Under the pieces are notes generated by a model. That model searched no databases. It was not told the DNA's origin and worked only from the letters and a program-made list of their open reading frames with translations. Positions 8,661 to 17,820 of a stretch of 32,240 nucleotides of DNA are shown here, piece by piece. This DNA is from Methanogenium sp. MK-MG (GTDB taxonomy: Archaea; Halobacteriota; Methanomicrobia; Methanomicrobiales; Methanomicrobiaceae). How positions within the stretch are numbered: position 1 is the first letter of the stretch; every line of letters begins with the position of its first letter. The stretch lies in contig NZ_JAAAWJ010000020.1 of the NCBI RefSeq assembly GCF_009914725.1, positions 1 to 32,240 on the forward strand. Reading direction: 5' to 3'. A program made the position numbers and the translations under genes.

Positions 8661-8819
8661 CCTGAATCACTATATATTTACAATATCCTCCATCATTCAT
8701 TTTATATGGCCAAAGTTAATAAAGTAACAATCATAGACATAATAGTCAGGTTACCGTATCTTTGATGCATAAACCCATTCCTTTTTCCATTGACCCATAT
8801 CTAAAAATCAGGTGAACAG

Positions 8820-9938
8820 ATGACGCATACCAGATACATAACAAAAATTGATGACATAAAAGAAATCTCAGAAGATGATGCCGAAAAACTCAGACAGGTT
8901 GAAGAAATGTTTCCATTCAGGGCAAGTGAATATTACCTCTCACTCATTGACTGGGCAGACATAAATGACCCGATACGACGTATCATTTTTCCGGAACAGG
9001 ATGAACTTGACAAATGGGGAGAACTTGATCCATCAACTGAAAGCAGTAATACGGTACTTCCCGGTGTCCAGCATAAATATGGTCCGACCGCATTACTGCT
9101 GGTGAGTGAGGTCTGTGGCGGGATATGCAGATTCTGTTTCAGGAAACGTATCTTTATGGATGCAGAGTCAGAGTCAGAGATGATAAAAAATCTTCCTGAA
9201 AATATTGAATATATAAAAAATCATCCTGAGATCTCAAATATTCTGATGACCGGCGGAGATCCCCTGATGCTGGCAACATCAAAACTGGAACCGATTATCC
9301 AACAGTTACGGGAGATTGAACACGTAAAAATCATCAGAATCGGAAGCAAGATGCCTGCATATGATCCATACCGCATCACAGGTGACCCTGCCCTCCTCGA
9401 AATGATTGAAAAATACAGCACAAAAGACAAGCGTATTTACATAATGACACAGTTCAACCACCCGAGGGAACTGACAGAAGCCGCAGTAGAAGCAATTGAT
9501 CTTCTGACAAAAGCAGGTGCAAAACCAACAAACCAGACACCAATACTCCGTGGGATAAATGATGACCCCGATGTGCTCGGAGAACTCCTGAGTAAACTTG
9601 CAGCTATCGGTGTTTCACCATACTACATCTTCCAGTGCAGGCCCACAACAGGCAACCAGCATTTCTCCGTTCCGGTTGAAGAAGCATACCGAATAATTGA
9701 ACAGGCTAAAATAAACTGCTCCGGGCTGGCCAAGAGAGTGAAATATGTTATGTCCCATAAATCCGGTAAAATTGAGATCATTGCGACAGACAACAAATAT
9801 ACATACATGAAATATCACCAGGCAGAGAATAAAAACAATATTGGAAAACTGATGGTCTTTAACAAAAACCCGGATGCAAAATGGCTTGAAGATTATGGAG
9901 ATCCTGTTTCAGAATCTATGCCGGATTACCAAAAATAA
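8820..9938 (+). CDS. KamA-family radical SAM protein (lysine 2,3-aminomutase-like)
   Basis: CxxxCxxC radical-SAM motif CGGICRFCFRKR preceded by the KamA-type N-terminal region (YYLSLIDWADINDPIRRIIFPEQDEL). A GGTGA Shine-Dalgarno sits 5 nt upstream. At 372 aa it is shorter than canonical AblA/KamA (about 420-440 aa). Confidence 0.8.
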   Translation: MTHTRYITKIDDIKEISEDDAEKLRQVEEMFPFRASEYYLSLIDWADINDPIRRIIFPEQDELDKWGELDPSTESSNTVLPGVQHKYGPTALLLVSEVCGGICRFCFRKRIFMDAESESEMIKNLPENIEYIKNHPEISNILMTGGDPLMLATSKLEPIIQQLREIEHVKIIRIGSKMPAYDPYRITGDPALLEMIEKYSTKDKRIYIMTQFNHPRELTEAAVEAIDLLTKAGAKPTNQTPILRGINDDPDVLGELLSKLAAIGVSPYYIFQCRPTTGNQHFSVPVEEAYRIIEQAKINCSGLAKRVKYVMSHKSGKIEIIATDNKYTYMKYHQAENKNNIGKLMVFNKNPDAKWLEDYGDPVSESMPDYQK

Positions 9939-10005
9939 TCGTATTTTATTGTGTCTGTCTCACATAGAGTTCATCAGGGCAGATTAACTTAAAAAAATAT
10001 AGTTT

Positions 10006-10653
10006 TCACCTGAAGTAGACGCCCACATCACGCATGCTGTTGTATTTTGCGATGTTAATCACAAGCGGGGTTATTGCTTCCACTGTTGCTGAAACTGCAA
10101 GGGGTCCTGCATCAAGGGCCTCTAATTCAGATATGGAGTTCACCAGTTCCATAACGATTTTTTTACCCTCTTCATCATCACCACAGACACAAACAGAATA
10201 ATCCAGTATTTCTGACATCTGGCTCCATTGTTTTGCCGGAATATTGTTAAATGCGGAGATTACTTTTGAATCCGGCAGTATCTTCTGGAGTTGCATAGCA
10301 GCAGATCCTTCTTCAGGAGGTGCATACCTGAAGTGATCCTTTCTTTCCATCGGATTCATCAGGCTGACAACAAGTTTTCCTTCAAGCCCGGTTAATGAGT
10401 CAATCGTAATCTGTAACGTTTCCAAAGGAATTGAGAAAACAATAATGTCAGAATTGTCAACAACCCCCTGGTTCGTTGAGGATGTAAGATTAAAGGGAAG
10501 ATTAAGTTCTCTCAGACACTGACAACATGCATCACATGACAAAGTGGCCTTCTCTTCTTTCCGGGAACCGATGATCACCTCATGGTTTTGTGAAAGACGT
10601 AAGGCCATTCCTTTTCCAATATCACCAGTACCTCCAATAATACCAACTTTCAT
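10006..10653 (-). CDS. fno: F420H2:NADP+ oxidoreductase (Fno/NpdG family)
   Basis: MKVGIIGGTGDIGKGMALRLSQNHEVIIGSRKEEKA... shows a Rossmann GxGxxG and the length and pattern typical of archaeal Fno. It is convergent with the KamA gene over a T-rich spacer. Confidence 0.8.
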   Translation of the reverse strand: MKVGIIGGTGDIGKGMALRLSQNHEVIIGSRKEEKATLSCDACCQCLRELNLPFNLTSSTNQGVVDNSDIIVFSIPLETLQITIDSLTGLEGKLVVSLMNPMERKDHFRYAPPEEGSAAMQLQKILPDSKVISAFNNIPAKQWSQMSEILDYSVCVCGDDEEGKKIVMELVNSISELEALDAGPLAVSATVEAITPLVINIAKYNSMRDVGVYFR

Positions 10654-10805
10654 ACATCTTTTATAACATATTCAGATATACTAATTTCGATACAATATTT
10701 ATGGCCAAATTATAAGTCCGGTCATTTACCACATCATCTGTACATCCCTTAAGTGCATAATTTTTTAAAACGTCAAATGAATCAAAATATTCCAGAAGTT
10801 ATAAG

Positions 10806-12053
10806 ATGCAAAAAAACAACCCTTTCGAAATGGCACAGGAACAACTTTATGCATGTGCCAAATTACTGGATCTGGAAGATGATGTTGTAAGGATGCTTGA
10901 AAATCCCATGCAACAGGTTCAGGTATCTGTTCCGGTAAAGATGGATGACGGAACGACGAACGTGTTCCAGGGATTCAGGGTAATGTACAACAATGTACTT
11001 GGCCCTGCGAAAGGTGGCATCCGTTTCCACCCTGAAGAAACAGTCGATACAGTGAGAGCACTTGCTGCCTGGATGACATGGAAATGTGCACTGCTTGACC
11101 TGCCACTCGGAGGCGGTAAGGGCGGTATTATCTGCAATACAAAAGAACTCTCAGAAGGAGAACTTGAACGCCTGAGCCGCTCATATATCGACCGTATCTG
11201 GAAATTCATCGGTCCCGATGTTGATGTCCTGGCACCTGATGTATATACCACCCCGCAGATCATGGTCTGGATGATGGATGAATACTCAAAATTATCCGGA
11301 AAAAACCAGTTCGGCGTCCTTACAGGCAAGCCGATCATAGCAGGCGGTTCAGCCGGTCGTGGCGATGCGACTGCAATGGGTGGCATGTACACCATTCGTG
11401 AGGCATCAAAAGAACTGGGCATTGATCTTTCAAAAACAACCATAGCAATCCAGGGATTTGGAAATGTAGGTTCATCTGTTGCAACACTGTCACAGGAATT
11501 CTTTGGTGCAACAGTTGTGGCTGTCAGTGACTCGAAAGGCGGTGTCTACAACCCGGACGGCCTTAACATCCAAGAAGTAATAAAACACAAGGCAGAGACC
11601 AAATCTGTCATCAATGCTCCAAATACCCAGACTATCACCAACAACGAAGTTCTTGAGCTTGATGTTGACATAATTATCCCGGCTGCGCTTGAAAATGCAA
11701 TTACAAAAGATAATGCAGGAAATATTAAAGCAAAAATCCTTGCAGAACTTGCAAATGGTCCGACAACGCCTGAAGCGGATGAAATCCTGTACAATAACGG
11801 AGTGCATGTCATACCCGACTTCCTCTGCAATGCAGGCGGAGTGACAGCATCATACTTCGAGATGGTCCAGAACATGTACATGTATTACTGGACTGCTGAG
11901 GAAGTGTATGAACGCCTCGACAAGAAGATGACCAAGGCATACCATGAAGTGCTCTATGCATCAAAGAACCACAATGTAAACATGCGTATGGGAGCATACG
12001 CTGTTGCAGTAACCCGTGTTGTTGATGCAATGAAACTCCGTGGCTGGATCTAA
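10806..12053 (+). CDS. gdhA: Glutamate dehydrogenase (NAD(P)+), GdhA family
   Basis: Diagnostic GDH motifs LLDLPLGGGKGGI (catalytic Lys region) and dinucleotide-binding IQGFGNVGS. 415 aa is typical of hexameric GDH. Confidence 0.9.
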   Translation: MQKNNPFEMAQEQLYACAKLLDLEDDVVRMLENPMQQVQVSVPVKMDDGTTNVFQGFRVMYNNVLGPAKGGIRFHPEETVDTVRALAAWMTWKCALLDLPLGGGKGGIICNTKELSEGELERLSRSYIDRIWKFIGPDVDVLAPDVYTTPQIMVWMMDEYSKLSGKNQFGVLTGKPIIAGGSAGRGDATAMGGMYTIREASKELGIDLSKTTIAIQGFGNVGSSVATLSQEFFGATVVAVSDSKGGVYNPDGLNIQEVIKHKAETKSVINAPNTQTITNNEVLELDVDIIIPAALENAITKDNAGNIKAKILAELANGPTTPEADEILYNNGVHVIPDFLCNAGGVTASYFEMVQNMYMYYWTAEEVYERLDKKMTKAYHEVLYASKNHNVNMRMGAYAVAVTRVVDAMKLRGWI

Positions 12054-12074
12054 ACCCATCATACCATACACCAA

Positions 12075-12086
12075 TTTTTTAAAAAA
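12075..12086 (+). terminator. Oligo-T terminator candidate after gdhA
   Basis: TTTTTTAAAAAA about 20 nt after the stop codon. Confidence 0.35.
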
Positions 12087-12313
12087 TCTGTTATCTGAAC
12101 GATAACGGATTCACCTATACCTTTCCACTGCACCCACACCATCGATTCAGTTTAGCAGACATTCTTCTAATTAGTCAACATAGTAGTATGCAGTAATTTT
12201 CAAACAGAAAATGCATACCACCGGGAACACCCCGCATGGTTGCCTGAAAAATCAGTGTAGAGAAAACCGGTGTTATAACCACACACAAAAAAATGAAAAA
12301 ACGTGAATAATCT

Positions 12314-14167
12314 ATGTTCCTTCCAACGACCAAAAAAGAGATGAAGCAGCGCAACTGGGATCAGTGCGATGTAGTCATTGTTACACCGGATGCCTACGTT
12401 GACCACCCCTCATTTGCCATGGCTACTCTCAGCAGAATGCTTGAATCCAAAGGATACCGGGTCGGCATTATATCCCAGCCAAAATGGAGAGACCCGGAAT
12501 CGTTCCTTGCATTAGGAGTGCCAAAGATCGCTTTTGCCGTCTCCGGCGGAGCGATGGACTCCATGGTGATGAACTATACTGCATCGAAAATCCCCCGCGG
12601 TGATGATGCATACTGCGAAAAAGGAGTGCCATATTTCTCACAAAAAGGAGACGGGAAAAGATACCGTATCCGGCCTGACAGAACAATCAATGTCTACACC
12701 AACCAGATCAAAAGTGTCTGTCGTGAAGTGCCCATCATTATCGGCGGTATTGAAGCCTCGATGCGAAGAATTGCGCACTATGACTGGTGGTCAGATTCGG
12801 TGAGGAGAAGCATCCTCTTTGATGCAAAGGCCGACATCCTGATATACGGCATGGGTGAATACCCTCTCGTCGACTGTATACGGGCCTTGTCAGATGGACA
12901 GAGCCCGGAGACAATGGAGATACCGGGGACAGCAGTCATCAGAAAATCCGCTGAAGGCGTCCCGAAAGCAATTACGCTTCCCTCATTTGCCGACGTGAGA
13001 GACAAGGAGAGATCATTTAAGATAGCATTTGCCCTGTTTTACAAAAACCGTGATCTCAATCCCCTGATACAGCCACAGGACACCCGTCACCTTGTTCAGT
13101 TCCCCCGGAGACTGCTGACGCAGGAAGAACTGGATGCCATCTACGCGCTTCCGTTTGAACGTGCACCCCATCCGCAGTACACCGACATCCCGGCATTCCG
13201 GATGATAGAGAATTCCATCACGTCGCACCGGGGCTGCTACGGGCGATGTTCATTCTGCTCCATTACCGCACACCAGGGCCCGGAGATTGTGTCCCGCAGC
13301 AAACAATCCGTTCTGAAGGAAATCAAAAAGATCGCAGCAAAACCCAAATTTTCCGGCACGATTACGGATATCGGAGGCCCTTCGGCAAATATGTACGCCT
13401 CATCCTGTCACATAAGAGGGTGCCGTGACCACAACTGCCTAAAGGAAGAGAAGGCCTGCAAAAATCTCGTTTCAGGAACAAAGGAATATCTTAAGCTCCT
13501 GAATGAGGCCAGAAGTATCAAGGGCGTAAAACATGTATTCATCAGTTCAGGGCTCCGGTTTGACCCGGCACTCATGGATGATGAACTCATCCGTGCGTGT
13601 ATCAAATACCACACACCCGGAAGAATGAAGGTTGCGCCGGAATCAGGCAGCGCACGGGTGCTGAACCTGATGGGCAAACCATCCCCTGAGGTATTTGCAG
13701 ACTTTCTGAAACGGGCCCGGAATATATCCACAAAAGAGGGTATTCCGCTGAAAGTAAATCCATATATCATCGCCGGGCATCCGGGTGAAGAAAAAGCGGA
13801 AACAGAGGAGACCATCGAGTTTCTCAATAAAAATAGTTTATATGAAAACCAGATTCAAATGTTTACCCCGACTCCCCTGACCCGCTCTACGGCGATGTAT
13901 TATCTGGGATATGATCCCATTACCGAAGAGATTACGCCTGCAGAACATGATGTAAAACGTCTGGAAGAAAGAAAACTCCAGATCATCGACCGGGACATCA
14001 ACAAAAAGAGGCTGAGTGCAAGGGAACAGAGCGCAAAAAAAGAGATCCGCAGCAAGTATCCGAATGCAGTCAGATCCACAAAGAGCATGCCATCCCTGAT
14101 GAAAAAAAGAACCGTGGATGAGAAGACCCCTGCACGATCAAAACCGGCAAAAAAACCCAGACGTTAG
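12314..14167 (+). CDS. YgiQ-family radical SAM protein (UPF0313)
   Basis: The N-terminus aligns with E. coli YgiQ: [31 protein letters not shown]...GFRVGIIAQPDW against [28 protein letters not shown]...[12 protein letters not shown]. Radical-SAM cluster motif CYGRCSFCS. Lys/Arg-rich C-terminal tail. Confidence 0.8.
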   Translation: [617 protein letters not shown]

Positions 14168-14363
14168 GTGAGATCTTCAGACATACGGGAACATAATCAT
14201 ACAACCCAATGATCGCCTGTTACCGGGCGATCATTGGCAATGCTGAACGGTTTCGTTTCCCCCCTCACTATTTTTTCCATTTCCTGATTTAATGAAACGA
14301 AAAGAAAAATCCCGTTTTATTGTCTTCATTACGCAAATATCCATTCCATCAACATAATACGAA

Positions 14364-14377
14364 GGAAGGAAATTTCC
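14364..14377. promoter_or_regulatory. GGAA-N6-TTCC palindrome (NrpR-type nitrogen operator consensus) in the promoter region of the glutamate synthase operon
   Basis: Sequence GGAAGGAAATTTCC lies about 130 bp upstream of the GATase start, in a 330-bp AT-rich intergenic region. Coordinates approximate. An 8-specified-base motif could occur by chance about 0.5 times in 32 kb. Confidence 0.3.
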
Positions 14378-14502
14378 ATCGATCATATGATAAAGCTATG
14401 GTATTATTTAGGATCGATCACATACAGTAGAGAGCAACCAAATCCCGGTCGGAAAAAGTTTAAATCAGATCCCACAGATCTCTAAAAAAATATGTGATAA
14501 CA

Positions 14503-15549
14503 ATGTGCGGAATAATCAGCGTCATTAACAGAAAGAAAAATCCAATGGATGGCAGAGCAGTCAGAGAAGCACTCTCCATAATGAATGAAAGGGGTAATGG
14601 CGAAGGGGCAGGATATGCTGTCTATGGAGCATTCCCGGAATTTGCGGATTACTATGCTATCCACGTATTTTATGATGATTTAATCGGGCCAAAAACAGCG
14701 GTTGAAGAAGAACTGGACAAACTGGGCACCATAACGCATGATGAAGAAATTCCAACGTTTGAACAACCCAACCTGAAAAAACGGCACATACCGTGGAGAT
14801 ATTTCTTTAAACCAAATGTCTCAGCTCTCGGTACAACGGCATCCGAAGAAGACATCTTGGTCTACCTGATGAAAAAGGTCAATACCACCATTCCCGGGGC
14901 ACTCATCTACTCCACCGGCAAAAATATTGCCATATTCAAGGCGGCTGGCTGGCCGGAGGAGGTGGCCGATTTCTATCGCATTCAGAATTATGAAGGATAT
15001 ATCTGGCTCGCCCACAACCGCTACCCGACCAATACCGCAGGCTGGTGGGGAGGTGCCCACCCGTTTAATCTGCTCGACTGGAGTGTCGTACATAACGGTG
15101 AAATCACATCATACGGGACAAACAAACGCTATCTGGAGAGCTTTGGTTACGTATGCACCATGCATACCGATACAGAAGTGGTCGCATACTTAACCGACCT
15201 CCTCCAGAGACAGCACAAACTTCCGGCAGAACTGGCGTTCAAAGCACTTGCACCCCCGTTCTGGGATGATATTGACAGAATGCCTGAAAAGGAACGGACA
15301 TTCAATACCGCTCTGAGAATGACATACAGCCCCGCCATGATGAACGGGCCGTTTGCCATTGTTGTGGCAAACTCAGCAGGCATTGCAGGAATTACTGACA
15401 GAATCAAACTCCGTCCACTTGTCGCTGCAGAAGCAGGGGACTGCCTGTATCTGTCAAGTGAAGAGGCGGCCATCCGTGTGATGGAACCATCCCCCGACCG
15501 AATCTGGATGCCACGCGCCGGAGAACCGGTCATCGGGAGGATACAATAA
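14503..15549 (+). CDS. Archaeal glutamate synthase, glutamine amidotransferase (class II, Ntn) subunit/domain
   Basis: The ORF-track start (GTG, 14494) gives MITMCGI. Class-II amidotransferases need Cys as residue 1 after Met removal, so the real start is almost certainly the ATG giving MCGIISV (14503). The stop overlaps the next gene start (TAATG). Confidence 0.85.
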   Translation: MCGIISVINRKKNPMDGRAVREALSIMNERGNGEGAGYAVYGAFPEFADYYAIHVFYDDLIGPKTAVEEELDKLGTITHDEEIPTFEQPNLKKRHIPWRYFFKPNVSALGTTASEEDILVYLMKKVNTTIPGALIYSTGKNIAIFKAAGWPEEVADFYRIQNYEGYIWLAHNRYPTNTAGWWGGAHPFNLLDWSVVHNGEITSYGTNKRYLESFGYVCTMHTDTEVVAYLTDLLQRQHKLPAELAFKALAPPFWDDIDRMPEKERTFNTALRMTYSPAMMNGPFAIVVANSAGIAGITDRIKLRPLVAAEAGDCLYLSSEEAAIRVMEPSPDRIWMPRAGEPVIGRIQ

Positions 15550-17066
15550 TGCCCGTCGGAAGCGTTCCCCCCAAGTATAAAGTAACAATTGATATGGATC
15601 TCTGCATGCTCTGTGAGCGTTGCATTGAAAACTGCCCCTACGGAACGTTCCGCCGTGAAGGCAGCAAGATCCAGATTATTTCACGTGCATGCACCGGTTG
15701 CCACCGCTGTATCGCCATGTGCCCGCGTGACGCAATCAGCCTTGAAGAGAAACCAGTCGATTACCGCTCACACCCGGTATGGTCAAGAGAGGCCCGCGAA
15801 GCCATCTATACGCAGGCACAATCGGGGAAAATTATCCTGACCGGAATGGGAAATACCCTCGATGTACCACAAATCTTTGACCGTCTCCTTCTTGATGCCT
15901 GCCAGGTCACAAATCCATCCATCGACCCGCTCCGCGAACCAATAGAACTCAGAACATATATCGGGAAAAAGCCCCGCAAGATTGAAATCAAAAAGACATC
16001 TGAGGGAGATACAGACCTTGTTACAGAACTGGCACCAAACCTGAAGTGTGAAACACCCATTATGATAGGGCACATGAGTTATGGTGCCATATCCCTCAAC
16101 GCCCAGCTTTCAATGGCACGCGGTGCATCTGAAGTGGGAACATTTATGGGCACAGGAGAAGGCGGACTGCACAAATCCCTGTACCCCTACCAAAAAAACA
16201 TGATTGTCCAGATAGCATCCGGCCGTTTTGGTGTTGACATCGATTATCTCGAACGTGGTGCGGCAATTGAAATTAAAATAGGACAGGGAGCAAAACCGGG
16301 AATCGGCGGTCACCTTCCTGGAGAAAAAGTAGACGAAGAAGTCTCAAAGACACGAATGATTCCGCTCTACAGTGATGCCATCAGCCCCGCTCCCCACCAT
16401 GACATCTATTCCATCGAGGACTTGTCCCAGCTCGTCCGAAGCCTGAAGGAGGCAACGGAATGGAAGAAACCCGTATTTGTAAAGATTGCGGCAGTCCACA
16501 ATGTCGCGGCCATTGCTGCAGGCATTGCACGATCATCTGCCGATGCCGTCGTCATTGACGGGTTCCGCGGAGGTACAGGTTCAGCACCCCGCGTATTCCG
16601 CGACCATGTCGGGATACCCATTGAAGCGGCCATCGCTGCCGTTGATGCAAAACTCAACGAACAGGGCATCAGGAATGAAGTATCAGTCATTGCATCAGGC
16701 GGTATCCGTGACAGTGCTGACGTGACAAAAGCCATCGCACTCGGTGCGGATTCAGTCTATATCGGTACAGCTGCACTGGTGTCCCTTGGATGCCGGGTAT
16801 GCGGGAGCTGTTACCGTGGTCTCTGTCCATGGGGCATTGCGACACAGCGCGAAGACCTCACCGCACGGATTGACCCTGACATCATGTATAAAAACGTGTC
16901 AAACCTGATACACGGCTGGACGCTTGAAATATCAGAACTGATGGGTGCTGCAGGCATTAACTCCATTGAAAGCCTGCGCGGAAACCGTGACCGCCTCAGG
17001 GGCTACATGCTTGATGAAAACATCCTCTCGGTCCTTGACGTGAAGACCGTCGGAGCTGATGCATGA
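15549..17066 (+). CDS. gltB: Archaeal glutamate synthase FMN-binding core (GltB central domain) with N-terminal 2x[4Fe-4S] ferredoxin domain
   Basis: Two CxxCxxCxxxCP motifs (CMLCERCIENCP, CTGCHRCIAMCP). A TIM-barrel FMN/3Fe-4S GltS core follows (GAISLNAQLSMARGA...IKIGQGAKPGIGGHLPG...SPAPHHDIYSIEDL) with a C-terminal Cys cluster CRVCGSC...C. It is translationally coupled to both neighbours. Confidence 0.9.
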   Translation: MPVGSVPPKYKVTIDMDLCMLCERCIENCPYGTFRREGSKIQIISRACTGCHRCIAMCPRDAISLEEKPVDYRSHPVWSREAREAIYTQAQSGKIILTGMGNTLDVPQIFDRLLLDACQVTNPSIDPLREPIELRTYIGKKPRKIEIKKTSEGDTDLVTELAPNLKCETPIMIGHMSYGAISLNAQLSMARGASEVGTFMGTGEGGLHKSLYPYQKNMIVQIASGRFGVDIDYLERGAAIEIKIGQGAKPGIGGHLPGEKVDEEVSKTRMIPLYSDAISPAPHHDIYSIEDLSQLVRSLKEATEWKKPVFVKIAAVHNVAAIAAGIARSSADAVVIDGFRGGTGSAPRVFRDHVGIPIEAAIAAVDAKLNEQGIRNEVSVIASGGIRDSADVTKAIALGADSVYIGTAALVSLGCRVCGSCYRGLCPWGIATQREDLTARIDPDIMYKNVSNLIHGWTLEISELMGAAGINSIESLRGNRDRLRGYMLDENILSVLDVKTVGADA

Positions 17067-17812
17067 TGGAAAAGACCCGGACAATCGATGCAAAAGGCAT
17101 GCACTACACCCCCCTCAACAAGGAGATACGTGCAGCAGTAAAGGATGGTATAACAGAAATAATTCTTGATCATATCAATGGCCAGCGGTTTATCGGAGAC
17201 GGCCTCCGTGGCGAGGATGTACGCATCATCATCAATGGCGTGCCCGGCGGTGACCTCTGCATGTTTATGTCAGGCCCGACCTGTATTGTGCATGCAAACG
17301 CCGAACACGCTCCCGGAAACACCATGGACAGCGGTACAATTTACATCCACGGAACCGCAGGCGATGCGGTTGCCCATTCCATGCGTGGCGGAGAGGTGTA
17401 TGTGCGTGACAGCATCGGATACCGTGGCGGCATCCACATGAAGGAGTATAAGGATAAATGTCCGGTCGTTGTCGTAGGCGAATATGCCCGGGCATTTCTG
17501 GGAGAGTATATGGCCGGAGGTATTATCATTGTCCTTGGACGTGGGAAGCAGCCCCCTGTTGATGAACGGGGAGTGGGAACAGGCATCCACGGGGGGGAAC
17601 TCTACATACGGGGAGAGGTGCCCGACCACCTCCTGGGCATCGGTGCAGAGAAAAAACCCTTTACGGAAGCTGACCGACAAAAAATCCGGCCGTATATTGA
17701 AAAATACTGTAGGGAGTTTGGTGTGGATGAGCCGGAACTGTTCAGTGATGAGTATGTACATATCGGGCCTTCCAGTGCCCGGCCGTTTGCAGGAAAATAT
17801 TGCTGGGAGTGA
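17063..17812 (+). CDS. Archaeal glutamate synthase GXGXG-motif (GltB C-terminal beta-helix) subunit
   Basis: Repeated G-x-G motifs (IHGTAGDAVAHSMRGGEVYVRDSIGYRGG...GEYMAGGIIIVLG) typical of the GltS alpha-subunit C-terminal domain and FwdC-like fold. Its ATG overlaps the stop of the FMN subunit. Confidence 0.85.
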   Translation: MMEKTRTIDAKGMHYTPLNKEIRAAVKDGITEIILDHINGQRFIGDGLRGEDVRIIINGVPGGDLCMFMSGPTCIVHANAEHAPGNTMDSGTIYIHGTAGDAVAHSMRGGEVYVRDSIGYRGGIHMKEYKDKCPVVVVGEYARAFLGEYMAGGIIIVLGRGKQPPVDERGVGTGIHGGELYIRGEVPDHLLGIGAEKKPFTEADRQKIRPYIEKYCREFGVDEPELFSDEYVHIGPSSARPFAGKYCWE

Positions 17813-17820
17813 GAAATAAA

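Noticed and set aside
10919-11443. 174-aa minus-strand ORF antisense to gdhA
   Set aside because: It overlaps a high-confidence glutamate dehydrogenase gene, and its translation has no domain character.
17270-17761. 163-aa minus-strand ORF (and other antisense ORFs) inside the GOGAT GXGXG gene
   Set aside because: Antisense to a strongly supported gene. GC-rich Gly-codon repeats keep the opposite strand open by chance.
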